Shown here in pieces: positions 1 through 9,627 of a stretch of DNA of 64,000 nucleotides. How positions within the stretch are numbered: position 1 is the stretch's first letter; the number at the start of each line of letters is the position of its first letter. The stretch covers positions 16,042-80,041 of the forward strand of contig CAZCLW010000003.1 in NCBI GenBank assembly GCA_964499685.1, read 5' to 3'. A program made the translations under genes and the position numbers. Below the pieces are notes generated by a model. It was given only the letters and a program-made list of their open reading frames with translations, was not told the DNA's origin and searched no databases. This stretch comes from an uncultured Planctomycetales bacterium (GTDB lineage Bacteria; Omnitrophota; Gorgyraeia; Zapsychrales; GWA2-47-8).

Positions 1-681
1 ATGAACGCTGTACCAAACCAAAATAACAACGAGGAAATGCCAGCCTTAAAAATCCTCAAGCAGATAGATAGCGGTGAGTTGATCCCAAAGGAATTAACCG
101 TGCAACAGCGCAGGCAGTGTGTGGAGGTCTTGAAGTTAGAAGGACGGTCTTATGCAGCAATTGCAAAGATGCTCGACTGTTCGGAAAAGACGATTCAAAG
201 AGATTGGGATGAAATTTGCAAAAAGAATGCACAGAAACCGTCCCCCGAGCTTGCCTTAAAATTGATCGCTCAGTTGATTATGAAGGCAAACGCGAAAGAA
301 GATTATTTAACCAGATTGGCTAATTCGAAGGACGGTTCCATGCAGGAGAAAGCGCAGGCAATGTATTATGCCAGCAAAGTCCTGCTTGAAACAATTCAGC
401 TTCTGCAAAGCATGGGGTACGTTCCGACACAGCCGGCACAGATTGTTGGGGACATCTATCATCACACGGATGAGGATATCGCTCTTGATGATTTGAAAAA
501 AGAAGTGGTCAAGATTGAGAAGATCATTAGCGAAGAAGGTATTGATAACCCGGCTATCAAGCAAAAATTAGAGGCGCTCAAAAATAAAATCGAACAAGGT
601 GAAATTAACCAAGGGATAACTGACTTGAAGAAGGAAGTAAGCGAGCAAGTTAAAATCCCGGAGGAGGATTCAAATGAATAA
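1..681 (+). CDS. terS: phage terminase small subunit-like protein (HTH N-terminus, coiled-coil C-terminus); may be 5'-truncated by the window edge
   Basis: ORF overlaps (8 nt) and immediately precedes a terminase large subunit. HTH-like segment RSYAAIAKMLDCSEKTIQRDW. Charged coiled-coil C-terminal half typical of TerS oligomerisation regions. Confidence 0.5.
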   Translation: MNAVPNQNNNEEMPALKILKQIDSGELIPKELTVQQRRQCVEVLKLEGRSYAAIAKMLDCSEKTIQRDWDEICKKNAQKPSPELALKLIAQLIMKANAKEDYLTRLANSKDGSMQEKAQAMYYASKVLLETIQLLQSMGYVPTQPAQIVGDIYHHTDEDIALDDLKKEVVKIEKIISEEGIDNPAIKQKLEALKNKIEQGEINQGITDLKKEVSEQVKIPEEDSNE

Positions 682-2374
682 TATCAACCAGTATTTAACC
701 AGTGTCAACCGTGAGCTTGGAAGAGAGTCGATCATGGCCTTTGCCAAGACGTATCTATCGCATTATTTAAAGAAAGACCCGTGCAATTTCCATCGGGAAC
801 TATGCGATTTATTGGAGTCATTGTCTCAAGAACGCGGCGGGCATGTGGCTGTTGCCGCTCCACGCGGGCATGCGAAAAGCACATTTGCTAGCCAGATTTA
901 CGTTTTGTGGTGTATCTGTTATTCGCTGGAAAGTTATATTGTTCTTCTTTCTGATACCAGAGACCAGGCTGAGACGATGCTTTCGCATATTAAGGAAGAA
1001 CTGGAAAATAACGAATTGTTGCAACGCGATTTTCCGGATGCCTGTTGGTCATTGGAAGATAAAAAATCAGTATGGAAAAGAAGTGAAGTATTCACTAAAA
1101 ATAGAATCAAAATAACCGCCTTGGGTGCCGGTCAGAAGATTCGCGGCCGTAGAAATAAACAGTTTAGACCAACGCTCATCATTCTGGATGATGTGGAAAA
1201 CGATCAGAACACCCGGACGGTTGAGGCTAGGGAAAAACTATTTGAGTGGTTTACCAAGGCTGTTTTAAAAGCGGGGAATCCAGATACAAACGCCATCGTT
1301 GTGGGGACAATCCAGCACGACGATTGTCTTTTGGCTCAACTGCTTAAGAAAGAAACCTCGGGATGGAAAAAGAAGTTCTATCAGGCGGTGATTCGTTTTG
1401 CCAAGCGAGATGATCTATGGGCCAAGTGGGCTTCGATTTATCATGGCTTGGAATTCTATAAAGGTGAGACCGGCTCGTCTGCCGGGGAAGTTTTCTTTAA
1501 GGATAATGAAGCACAGATGCTTGAAGACGCGGAAGTTTTATGGCATAAGCAAGAGAACTACTATTATCTGATGACCTTAAAAGAAAATGATGGCGAGGTC
1601 AGTTTTAACTCTGAAAAACAAAATTCACCTTATAATCCTAAAGATGCGATCTTCAATCCGGAGAAATTTCAATTTTGGGATGCTAGTTACAAAACGGAAG
1701 AGGAGCTTATTAGCGCTTGTGCTGGCAAGCTGGAATTCTACGCCGCTTGTGATCCCAGCCTTGGCAAACTTAATCGACAGGGCGATTTCTCGGCAATAAT
1801 TGTCATTGCAAAACATATCGAGACGAACAAACGATATGTTTTAGTCGCTGATATTGCCAAGCGCAATCAAAACGAATTGATCGATGCTATCTTACAGGTC
1901 GCAAGAGACTACCAGCATTGTCTGAAGAAGTTCTGTATCGAATCCAATGGTTTTCAAGAATTGATAGTTGATGAAGTTCGAGAAAGGGCGTATGAAGAAG
2001 GGATCAACGTTAATTTCGAAGCCGTTAATCACAGCGGCAATCAGGATAAATTCGGACGCATACAAACTCTGCAAGCGTCAGTAAATAGCGGTAAATTGCA
2101 GTTTTTACCTAACCAAAGGCTGTTGTTGGATCAGTTGAAACATTACCCTAAAGGCAGACACGATGACGGCCCGGACGCGCTGGCCATGGCTGCCAAAGAA
2201 GCTGCCACAGGGAAACGGGTTACCTTTATGCCCTTGGTTGGTGGAGAAGAATTTTTAGATGAAGAGTTCAGAAGAGAGCTGGATAATATAAATATAAGAG
2301 ATTCGCAAGGCAGGGATATCAACCACATCGACTTTGGCCGCCCAGCGATATCTTCAGATTGGCGTGATGATTAA
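674..2374 (+). CDS. terL: phage terminase large subunit (ATPase + nuclease)
   Basis: Walker A-like AAPRGHAKST and Walker B-like LIILDDVEND in the N-terminal ATPase. C-terminal RNaseH-like nuclease region with acidic motifs (ACDPSLGK...DFSAIIV, HDDGPDAL). Length 566 aa typical of TerL. Confidence 0.8.
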   Translation: MNNINQYLTSVNRELGRESIMAFAKTYLSHYLKKDPCNFHRELCDLLESLSQERGGHVAVAAPRGHAKSTFASQIYVLWCICYSLESYIVLLSDTRDQAETMLSHIKEELENNELLQRDFPDACWSLEDKKSVWKRSEVFTKNRIKITALGAGQKIRGRRNKQFRPTLIILDDVENDQNTRTVEAREKLFEWFTKAVLKAGNPDTNAIVVGTIQHDDCLLAQLLKKETSGWKKKFYQAVIRFAKRDDLWAKWASIYHGLEFYKGETGSSAGEVFFKDNEAQMLEDAEVLWHKQENYYYLMTLKENDGEVSFNSEKQNSPYNPKDAIFNPEKFQFWDASYKTEEELISACAGKLEFYAACDPSLGKLNRQGDFSAIIVIAKHIETNKRYVLVADIAKRNQNELIDAILQVARDYQHCLKKFCIESNGFQELIVDEVRERAYEEGINVNFEAVNHSGNQDKFGRIQTLQASVNSGKLQFLPNQRLLLDQLKHYPKGRHDDGPDALAMAAKEAATGKRVTFMPLVGGEEFLDEEFRRELDNINIRDSQGRDINHIDFGRPAISSDWRDD

Positions 2375-2487
2375 AGGCATTTACGAACGTTAAAGTTCGA
2401 AAAATCGTCAGATGTCCAGGGACATAAGGTGGACATCCTGCAAGCCGTGTAAACGTAAAGACTTACGTTTATTCTCCCGACGAGAAA

Positions 2488-2535
2488 CAGGACAAAAATA
2501 CCGGGAATTTCAGCTGTTTGTCCTGTTTTTGTCCA
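2488..2535 (+). terminator. hairpin (GGACAAAAATAcc...CTGTTTTTGTCC) downstream of terL; putative terminator
   Basis: Inverted repeat ggacaaaaata / tttttgtcc read directly in sequence 115-160 nt after the terL stop. Confidence 0.35.
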
Positions 2536-2537
2536 CT

Positions 2538-2611
2538 AAATTTATCTCTCTATTTCTGAAAATGCCGGATTTCCATAGTATAATAAAGTCGGTTTTTTGA
2601 GAGATAAATTT
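2538..2611. repeat. perfect 13-bp inverted repeat AAATTTATCTCTC ... GAGAGATAAATTT with 48-nt spacer
   Basis: Read directly at 2538-2550 and 2599-2611. Lies in the hairpin-rich spacer after the terminase genes. Confidence 0.6.
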
Positions 2612-2747
2612 CAGACTGCCACCAATCCAGGCAGCTTCTTTCCATCTTAATCCTTTTTTAATTCTCCCTTAATTCCAATAATCCTAAAATTAGTCCGTAA
2701 ATACTCTTAACGAAATCTAGAGCAGATTTCAGGAAAGGAGAGTTTTT

Positions 2748-3128
2748 ATGGACTATCAAACCCTTATTCGCGAAGTACGGACCCTGGATTTTATTAAAGA
2801 TGACGAAATGGCGGATGCTTTTATCAAGGCCGTCTTAGGCATTTTGGCCAGCGAATTAGAAGTCGAGCCCGCCCATCAGATGACCGACCAGCTCCCCGAG
2901 CCCTTGACTTTTGAACGCTTACGCAGTCATCAGGCACGGCCGTTGAACATTTCTTTCCAAGAAAGCATTGCCGAGATCAGCCATCAATTCAATATCCGAC
3001 CGGACCTTGCACAGAAAGCCGTCAAAAGGGTCTATCATGTACTCAAGCTTGCCCTTGAGCCATCCTCCATTGACGGGATCAGAAACGGACTGCCCGCTGA
3101 GTGGGCCCATGCTTTTTCCAGGGCCTGA
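2748..3128 (+). CDS. DUF2267 family protein
   Basis: Two internal repeats of the DUF2267-like pattern (...AVLGILASELEVEPAHQMTDQLPEPL... and ...VYHVLKLALEPSSIDGIRNGLPAEW...). RBS AAAGGAGAG 6 nt upstream. Confidence 0.55.
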   Translation: MDYQTLIREVRTLDFIKDDEMADAFIKAVLGILASELEVEPAHQMTDQLPEPLTFERLRSHQARPLNISFQESIAEISHQFNIRPDLAQKAVKRVYHVLKLALEPSSIDGIRNGLPAEWAHAFSRA

Positions 3129-3152
3129 GAAAAATTTTTACAGGAGGCTAAA

Positions 3153-3839
3153 ATGGACAGAACAAATACGCTGGTTGAAGAACTTCCCGTTGAGATCCCT
3201 TTTCAAGAAGGGGCATTGCGGGGAAGCTTGATCAGGCCCGGAGCGCCCAAAGGCCTTGTGCTTTTTGCTCACGGGAGCGGGAGCAGCCGGCTCAGCCCCC
3301 GCAACCGCTGGGTGGCGCAGCATCTGAACCATGAAGGATTTGCGACCTTCTTATTCGATCTTCTGACCGGTGACGAAGAAAATATAGATGAGAGAACCAG
3401 AAAACTGCGGTTTGATATAGGGCTTCTTTCCCGGCGGTTGATCCTCGCCACGGATTGGGCGCAAGGTCATTTTGATCTTTTCAATTTACCCGTCGGTTAT
3501 TTTGGGGCGAGTACCGGCGCGGCAGCGGCCTTGGTGGCCGCAACGCACAGACCCAACATTGTCAAAGCGGTTGTTACACGGGGCGGCCGGCCGGATTTGG
3601 CCGGCGCTGCTTTATCCTTGGTCAAAGCGCCGACACTTTTTTTGGTCGGGGAAAACGATCCCGTGGTCATTGAGATGAACCAGGAGGCATTGAGGCGGCT
3701 CCAGACAAAAGAAAAGAAATTGAAGATCATTCCCCATGCTTCGCATCTCTTTGAGGAGCCGGGGGCCTTGGAGCAAGCCGCGAAGCTCGCCCAAGAGTGG
3801 TTTGACCGGTATTTAGCTTTGGATGATCGCAGCCGTTAA
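3153..3839 (+). CDS. alpha/beta hydrolase, dienelactone-hydrolase-like
   Basis: Nucleophile elbow GASTG, HGSGSSR oxyanion-region motif, C-terminal PHASHLFEEPG catalytic His region. RBS CAGGAGG upstream. Confidence 0.7.
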   Translation: MDRTNTLVEELPVEIPFQEGALRGSLIRPGAPKGLVLFAHGSGSSRLSPRNRWVAQHLNHEGFATFLFDLLTGDEENIDERTRKLRFDIGLLSRRLILATDWAQGHFDLFNLPVGYFGASTGAAAALVAATHRPNIVKAVVTRGGRPDLAGAALSLVKAPTLFLVGENDPVVIEMNQEALRRLQTKEKKLKIIPHASHLFEEPGALEQAAKLAQEWFDRYLALDDRSR

Positions 3840-4210
3840 AGGCGATGACGGTTACGGGAGACCATATCGTACGCCCGGTCGGAGATCCAGGCAAAGGGCA
3901 GAAATTTTTGATAAAGCCACAGCGGGCCGGAAAAGCCCTTTCTATGGGCCATGGCCTTATAGGCCGCGGCCGCACCCGAATAGGCTGTTCCGGAGATGTC
4001 AATAAATTGAACATACTGGCGCATCGTTTCTTCCGGGATCTCCGGAAAACGCTTGGTATTGTCCTGATAAGGAGCATAATCGATTTCCTGCCGGACAAAG
4101 GCATGCAGACGTTTGGCCCACCGCAGGCAGAATCCGCATCCACCGTCATAAAGAAGTAGCGGTCGGGCAGGAAGCTGAGATACTTTATTTTTCTGGATAT
4201 GAAGTCTCAT
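3836..4210 (-). CDS. DCC-family thiol-disulfide oxidoreductase (DUF393)
   Basis: N-terminal LLYDGGCGFCLRW motif characteristic of DCC1-like proteins. About 120 aa. Confidence 0.7.
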   Translation of the reverse strand: MRLHIQKNKVSQLPARPLLLYDGGCGFCLRWAKRLHAFVRQEIDYAPYQDNTKRFPEIPEETMRQYVQFIDISGTAYSGAAAAYKAMAHRKGFSGPLWLYQKFLPFAWISDRAYDMVSRNRHRL

Positions 4211-4300
4211 TAAAATTCATTCTATTTTAATCTTCTTTTAATGGCCTCTAAGGAAGAATAGGGTGCAAGTAGATTATAACCGCAAATAAGGAGAGCGAAT

Positions 4301-4597
4301 ATGAAATTAAATCGAATATTAATCCTAACGGTGTTCGTTTGTGGCATGGCCTCCCCGGCCATCGCCGACAAAATGAGCGTCGATGAAAGCGTGCAAAAGA
4401 TGCAGGACAAGCTCAATTTAAGCGAAGAGCAGGCCGATCAGATCCGGCCGGTCCTTGAAGAGTATAACGACGGCATGAAAGAATTAAAGCAGGAAAAGAA
4501 AGAAAATCTCAGCGGCATACTCTCCGGAGAGCAGATGGATGAGTTGAAAAAGATGGAAAAAGAAGAGTATTCTGATAAAGAAAAAGATTTTCTCTAA
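4301..4597 (+). CDS. small secreted periplasmic protein, LTXXQ/Spy-like helical repeat
   Basis: Signal peptide MKLNRILILTVFVCGMASPAIA. LNLSEEQADQIRPVLEEY and SGEQMDELKKMEKEEY repeats resemble the LTXXQ motif. RBS AAGGAGAG. Confidence 0.4.
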   Translation: MKLNRILILTVFVCGMASPAIADKMSVDESVQKMQDKLNLSEEQADQIRPVLEEYNDGMKELKQEKKENLSGILSGEQMDELKKMEKEEYSDKEKDFL

Positions 4598-4616
4598 AAA
4601 ATAACAAGGAGCCTTT

Positions 4617-4904
4617 ATGAAAACCAAGGCCATGCCCAATGTCCTTTTCTGTAATGTGACAGAGTGCGCCTATAACAATCTCGAAAAATGCCACGCCGGA
4701 GGGATCACGGTCGATGGTCCTGAGCCTTTGTGTGATACGTTTTTTCAAAGTCAGCGTAAGGGCGGCGTTGAGCCTCTGGGAACAGTCGGCGCCTGCAAGA
4801 ACGATGTATGCGTCCATAACGACTCTTATGAGTGCACCGCCTCTGGCATCCAGGTATCGCTCCACAGTCAGAAACCGGAATGTGATACTTTCAGTCCGAA
4901 ATGA
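4617..4904 (+). CDS. DUF1540 domain-containing cysteine-rich protein
   Basis: Two copies of the CxV(T/H)xCxYN...C...V.G....C.TF cysteine pattern. RBS AAGGAG. Confidence 0.6.
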   Translation: MKTKAMPNVLFCNVTECAYNNLEKCHAGGITVDGPEPLCDTFFQSQRKGGVEPLGTVGACKNDVCVHNDSYECTASGIQVSLHSQKPECDTFSPK

Positions 4905-4975
4905 GGCGACCGATGAATAAAAATAACCGGAACGATGAACGGTCAAAATATGATTGAAGAGGTCAAGGTCTCAAG

Positions 4976-5722
4976 ATGATACGCCGACATGCAACATTCG
5001 CGCACGGACAGGGCTCTGCCCCTCAGCACGATGATTTTACAGGCGATCAAAAGCACTTGGACCATTTTTTATTCTCCTATGAGCGCAAACTCTTGGGCGC
5101 TTTTCTCCCTTTGGTCCCCTTAAAGATGAGCACTGTGCATTTGACCCTGATGACGGTTGCATGGTCCGGATTTATCATTCTGTTCGGCTATCTCTCGGCG
5201 AGAGATCTTTATTGGTTGTGGGGGACAAACGCCTGCATATTCCTTCAGCATGTGACGGACATGCTCGACGGCGAAATCGGCCGCAAGAGAAATGAGGGGC
5301 TGATCAAATGGGGCTTTTACATGGACCATTTTCTAGATTATGTCTTTCTCTGTTCCATTGTCATCGGTTACTCGTTTATTCTGCCGCTTTCTTACTCTCT
5401 TTTGGTCTTGTTGTGCTTAACGATCTCGGCCGGCTTTATGATCCACACTTTCATGGATTTTTCGATCACCAAAGACCTTAAGATCAGCTTTAACCGATTC
5501 GGCGTTGCCGAGGTCCGTTACATTTTGATATTGTTCAACATTCTTTTAATGATCGTGGGCAGAGAGCTGTTGGTGGCGGCCTTTCCCTGGGTCGTTCTGA
5601 CGGGGTTTTTCGCCTTGGCTTTTGTCGTGTATAAGTCTCAAGGGATCTATAGGCGCTTGGACCGGCTCCAGATGAAACAGGACCAGGCTTATAAGGCAAA
5701 GCACAGATTGCACCAGCGCTAA
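4976..5722 (+). CDS. CDP-alcohol phosphatidyltransferase family membrane protein
   Basis: Motif D-x2-DGEIGR-x8-G-x4-G-x3-DHFLD matches the DG(x2)AR...G(x3)G(x3)D(x3)D signature with an A-to-G variant. Multiple TM helices. Confidence 0.5.
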   Translation: MIRRHATFAHGQGSAPQHDDFTGDQKHLDHFLFSYERKLLGAFLPLVPLKMSTVHLTLMTVAWSGFIILFGYLSARDLYWLWGTNACIFLQHVTDMLDGEIGRKRNEGLIKWGFYMDHFLDYVFLCSIVIGYSFILPLSYSLLVLLCLTISAGFMIHTFMDFSITKDLKISFNRFGVAEVRYILILFNILLMIVGRELLVAAFPWVVLTGFFALAFVVYKSQGIYRRLDRLQMKQDQAYKAKHRLHQR

Positions 5723-5970
5723 TGAAAATAAATATTCTTAAAACGGTGATCATGTGGATATTTCTTGGCCTTGCCAGCGGCAATTTATACGCTCAGCCGA
5801 TCACCGATCCCGAGTCACTGCGCGAAGTGGCGCCGGGAGGACAAAGTGTTGAACAGGCCCGGGAAAACCTTGTAACGCTCTTTGTGATGTTCGTGACAGC
5901 CATGGGGATTGTGGCTTTTCTGGTTTATCTGTTCAAGGGCCCGGCCAAGGATCGAAACCGGTCCCCTTAA
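5722..5970 (+). CDS. small membrane protein, hypothetical
   Basis: ORF with signal peptide/TM at the N-terminus and a second TM helix. TAATG overlap with the upstream gene. Confidence 0.3.
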   Translation: MKINILKTVIMWIFLGLASGNLYAQPITDPESLREVAPGGQSVEQARENLVTLFVMFVTAMGIVAFLVYLFKGPAKDRNRSP

Positions 5971-5999
5971 CCATATTTTAGATAAGAAAGGAGCGCGAT

Positions 6000-6908
6000 A
6001 TGATTCAACGCGAAAAAGTAGGTAAAACATTAGAAATGGAACAAGAGGCTTATGTTATTCACGATCGTCTTCCTCATCCGGTCTGGGGTGCTATCTTTGC
6101 AGGGGTCGTGGCGATCTTAATTGTTCAGTTCACTCTTTCTCTATTGGGGGCCGCTATCGGACTGGGTACGGTGAATCCGACGCAGGAAAATGAAAATTTC
6201 AGGGCCTTGGGGGCGGGCGCCGCGATCTGGTGGATCGTAAGCGGATTGGTCGCGCTTTTTTGCGGAGGCTGGGTGGCTGGCCGTCTTTCAGGGATCCCCC
6301 GACGTATCGATGGATTGCTGCACGGGCTTTTGGCCTTCGGGACCTCTACCTTATTGCTCATCCTATTTTTGACGACCTCCGTTGGGATTTTCTTGGGCGG
6401 CGCCTTTAATTTTTTAAAGCAGGGAGGCCAGACGGCCATGTCATCGGGTACCGCCATGACCGCTACATTGAACACTTTAAGACAACAAAGTCCGGAAGTG
6501 GCCGGAACGATCGATGAGATCCGTTCCGAAGTCAGTCAGATCCTGCAAAATAGAGGCACCCAGCCGCAAGCCGCCGCAATGGAAGCGCAAATAATGGCCG
6601 GTGTAGGCGCTGTCGCGATCGCCCCGGGTGATCAGGAAGCTCAAATACAACCGCTGGTCACGATCTTGACCACTAATACCAACCTTTCCAACGAAGAAGC
6701 GGAAAGTACCGTTAACCGCTGGGTACAAAACATTCGTGAGGTCAGACCCGAGGTCCAGCAAGGTATAGAAAATGTTTCGGAAAGGGTTTCAAATGTCGGC
6801 ACGACCGCGGCATGGGCTTCTTTCTTCATGCTTGTGCTTGGCGGCGCGGCCGCCGCTTGGGGAGGCTTTGCGGGAACCCCGCATCGGTTCGAGAAAGAAA
6901 TGGCTTAA
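6000..6908 (+). CDS. hypothetical polytopic membrane protein
   Basis: RBS AAGGAGCG. Four predicted TM segments with a central Gln/Thr-rich soluble insert. No recognisable motif. Confidence 0.4.
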   Translation: MIQREKVGKTLEMEQEAYVIHDRLPHPVWGAIFAGVVAILIVQFTLSLLGAAIGLGTVNPTQENENFRALGAGAAIWWIVSGLVALFCGGWVAGRLSGIPRRIDGLLHGLLAFGTSTLLLILFLTTSVGIFLGGAFNFLKQGGQTAMSSGTAMTATLNTLRQQSPEVAGTIDEIRSEVSQILQNRGTQPQAAAMEAQIMAGVGAVAIAPGDQEAQIQPLVTILTTNTNLSNEEAESTVNRWVQNIREVRPEVQQGIENVSERVSNVGTTAAWASFFMLVLGGAAAAWGGFAGTPHRFEKEMA

Positions 6909-6932
6909 GCTTGGTTTAATGAGAGCAAAGAG

Positions 6933-6962
6933 AGCCCCGGTAAACGCCGGGGCTTTCTTTTT
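6933..6962 (+). terminator. rho-independent terminator (AGCCCCGG-taaacg-CCGGGGCT + TTCTTTTT)
   Basis: Perfect 8-bp GC-rich stem, hexaloop, U-tract, 25 nt after the stop of the 6000-6908 gene. Confidence 0.7.
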
Positions 6963-7062
6963 GACCGTCGAGAAAACCCCTTTAATCCTAAATTAATGCT
7001 CTCTTAATTTCTTATCTTGTATATATAAGACCGGATTCTTAACCGCCAACAAGGGGGCTTGA

Positions 7063-8190
7063 ATGAAAAACAGGTGGTTTCTGGGTCGTGTGGGATGTGT
7101 GTTTGCTGTGGTCATGTTTTTTTCCGTTTCTCCTTGTCATGCCAAGACCGACCTCGATATCATCGGTTCCGCGGGGGTGGCCTATGACGATAATGTTACG
7201 CTGGCCGAAACCGACCCCGAAGAGGATGTCGTCAATAATTTGAGGGCGGGATTGGGATTGAAGCATATCGGAAAGACACATTCTTTGGCCCTCGAGGGCG
7301 GCATCACCCAGCAGCTTTATAGTGACAATGATGATTTTAATAATCTGTCTCAAGACCTTAAGCTGGAAGCGAATAAAGACCTTACGGAATATGACCGCTT
7401 TAAAATCACGGAAAGTTTTATCCACGCCGAAGAGCCCACCAGTTTTGAGGATGCTTTCGGCCGTACCGCCGGAAGATACAGCTCATACAAGAACAGGCTG
7501 AGCGTTGTCCGGGAGCACGACTTTTCGAAACAATACTCGGGCGAGCTCCATTACCACAATGCGTTGAATTTTTATTCGCGGGACGACATCAATGATTCGG
7601 TCTTGCACCGGTTCGGGGGAGGCACGACCTATACGCACAGCTCCAAGACTTCCTTTCAGGGCGTATACGATCTTACGTATCATCATTTTTTGAAGCAACC
7701 GGACGTCATTATCAATTCTCTGACGCCCGGATTACGGTATTACTTGACCCCGCAACTTTTTGCCGATTTCAAGGCCGGCGTGGACCTTATCGATTCTTTC
7801 GACGACCGTTTTTATGCCAGGCCCTTATTTTCCTTTGAATTGGCCAATCAAGCCGACGAGAACACGGAATTAAGTCTGAAGTTCGATCAGCGGCACATAA
7901 CCAGCGCTTCCCGCCTTGATCTTTTTGATTCCTGGCGGACGTCACTCCGCTTCAACAGAAAAATGTCGGAAAGAACAGAAGCATTCTTGAACGGCTTTTA
8001 CGGCGAAGGAGAATACATCAATCTCGACATTAAAGAGGTATTGCAAGGCGTGGGGACGGGTATCACCTATGCGCTGAACCGAAGTTTGAAGGCAACATTG
8101 CAATATTCATACACAAATTCCGACAGCGATGATAATAGCGACGATTACCACCGGAATTATTCATCACTCGCCCTTGCGTTAATTTTTTAA
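7063..8190 (+). CDS. EPS-locus-associated outer-membrane beta-barrel protein (putative)
   Basis: Signal peptide ending CHA. Alternating beta-strand pattern. C-terminal aromatic residue (…LALALIF) typical of OM barrels. First gene of the polysaccharide locus. Confidence 0.5.
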   Translation: MKNRWFLGRVGCVFAVVMFFSVSPCHAKTDLDIIGSAGVAYDDNVTLAETDPEEDVVNNLRAGLGLKHIGKTHSLALEGGITQQLYSDNDDFNNLSQDLKLEANKDLTEYDRFKITESFIHAEEPTSFEDAFGRTAGRYSSYKNRLSVVREHDFSKQYSGELHYHNALNFYSRDDINDSVLHRFGGGTTYTHSSKTSFQGVYDLTYHHFLKQPDVIINSLTPGLRYYLTPQLFADFKAGVDLIDSFDDRFYARPLFSFELANQADENTELSLKFDQRHITSASRLDLFDSWRTSLRFNRKMSERTEAFLNGFYGEGEYINLDIKEVLQGVGTGITYALNRSLKATLQYSYTNSDSDDNSDDYHRNYSSLALALIF

Positions 8191-8198
8191 AGGTTATT

Positions 8199-9608
8199 AT
8201 GCTCGAACAATACTCGACCATATTGCGGCGCCTCACGATCGCTTTGGACGCGTTCCTCGTCTCGGCCTGTTTCTTTATATCCTATTGGGTCCGCGATCAT
8301 TTTAAGGCCGGGCTGGAAAACGTCGGCTTTTATATAAAACTGTGGCCAGTGATCGTCACGCTTTGGGTGGCGGCCCTCTTTATCCTGGGCATGTACGAGT
8401 CCCTGCGTTTAAAGACATTCCGGCAAGTGTTGGAGACCATTATTAAAGCCATGCTCATGGCCTTTATTTGGTTCAGCGCGGCGATGTATCTTTTCAAGAT
8501 CGTGGGCGTCAGCCGCACCTTCATGCTTTTCGTCTTCAGCCTTTCCACCTTAGTCCTCATTGTGGAAAAATTCATCCTGATGTTCGCGCTGCATCATATC
8601 CGCCGGCGCGGATTTAATTTTAAGAACGTCCTGATCGTGGGGACCAATAACCGTGCCAAGCGTTTTATCCGCCGCCTGGATTATCATCGCGATCTGGGAT
8701 TGAAAGTCGTCGGGATCGTTGACGAGGACCCTTCTTTTAAGGGACAAAACATCTACGGTCATCCCGTCTTGGGAACGCCGCAGGACCTGCCCGAAGTCCT
8801 CACTCAACAGGCCATCGACCAGGTATTTTTTATTATCCCGCGTTCTTCTCTACAGAAAATAGAACCGCTGATCCATCATTGCGAGATCACCGGAACGACC
8901 GCAAGCGTGGCCGTCGATCTGTTTGATCCGCTGAAATTCGCACGGTGGAAAGAAGAAAGCATTGTCAATTTACCGCTCATTACCTTCCGGACCGTCCCGG
9001 ACAAAGTTGGGCAACTTCTCTTTAAAAGAATGATCGACATCGCGGTCTCGACCATAGCCTTGATCATCATCTCGCCGGTCTATTTGCTGGTGGCCTTGCT
9101 TATCAAGATGACATCGCCGGGTCCGGTTTATTTTATCCAGGAGCGCCTGGGGTTGCAGGGGAGAAAGTTCAAGCTTTATAAATTCCGCACCATGATGGTC
9201 AATGCCGAGCATCAATTGAAGGATCTTCTGGAGAAAAATGAAATGCAGGGGCCGGTCTTTAAGCTTAAGAACGATCCGCGAATCACCGCGATCGGCAGAT
9301 TTTTGCGCAAGTTCAGTATCGATGAATTACCGCAACTGTGGAATGTCCTGCATGGCGATATGAGCCTCGTGGGACCGCGGCCCCCCATCGCCCGTGAAGT
9401 GGAACTCTATGACCATTGGCAGAGGAGAAGGCTGAGCATGCGGCCCGGCCTGACCTGTTTATGGCAAGTCAACGGAAGAAATAAGATCGTCAACTTCGAT
9501 GAATGGGCACAATTAGATCTTGATTACATCGACAACTGGTCCTTAGGCCTGGATTTGAGGATTCTGATGCAGACGCTGCGAACGGTGGCTTCGGGCAATG
9601 GCGCCTAG
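8199..9608 (+). CDS. undecaprenyl-phosphate sugar phosphotransferase (WbaP/EpsB-type initiating glycosyltransferase)
   Basis: Four or five N-terminal TM helices plus a C-terminal Bac_transf domain with the hallmark [12 protein letters not shown] and ELPQLWNVL motifs. Confidence 0.85.
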   Translation: MLEQYSTILRRLTIALDAFLVSACFFISYWVRDHFKAGLENVGFYIKLWPVIVTLWVAALFILGMYESLRLKTFRQVLETIIKAMLMAFIWFSAAMYLFKIVGVSRTFMLFVFSLSTLVLIVEKFILMFALHHIRRRGFNFKNVLIVGTNNRAKRFIRRLDYHRDLGLKVVGIVDEDPSFKGQNIYGHPVLGTPQDLPEVLTQQAIDQVFFIIPRSSLQKIEPLIHHCEITGTTASVAVDLFDPLKFARWKEESIVNLPLITFRTVPDKVGQLLFKRMIDIAVSTIALIIISPVYLLVALLIKMTSPGPVYFIQERLGLQGRKFKLYKFRTMMVNAEHQLKDLLEKNEMQGPVFKLKNDPRITAIGRFLRKFSIDELPQLWNVLHGDMSLVGPRPPIAREVELYDHWQRRRLSMRPGLTCLWQVNGRNKIVNFDEWAQLDLDYIDNWSLGLDLRILMQTLRTVASGNGA

Positions 9609-9627
9609 CGGGTAAGGAGAAAGAAGT

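Noticed and set aside
3727-4159. 140-aa (minus) and 104-aa (plus) ORFs overlapping the DCC oxidoreductase gene
   Set aside because: Alternative frames of the same locus. The DUF393 frame carries the recognisable motif, the others do not.
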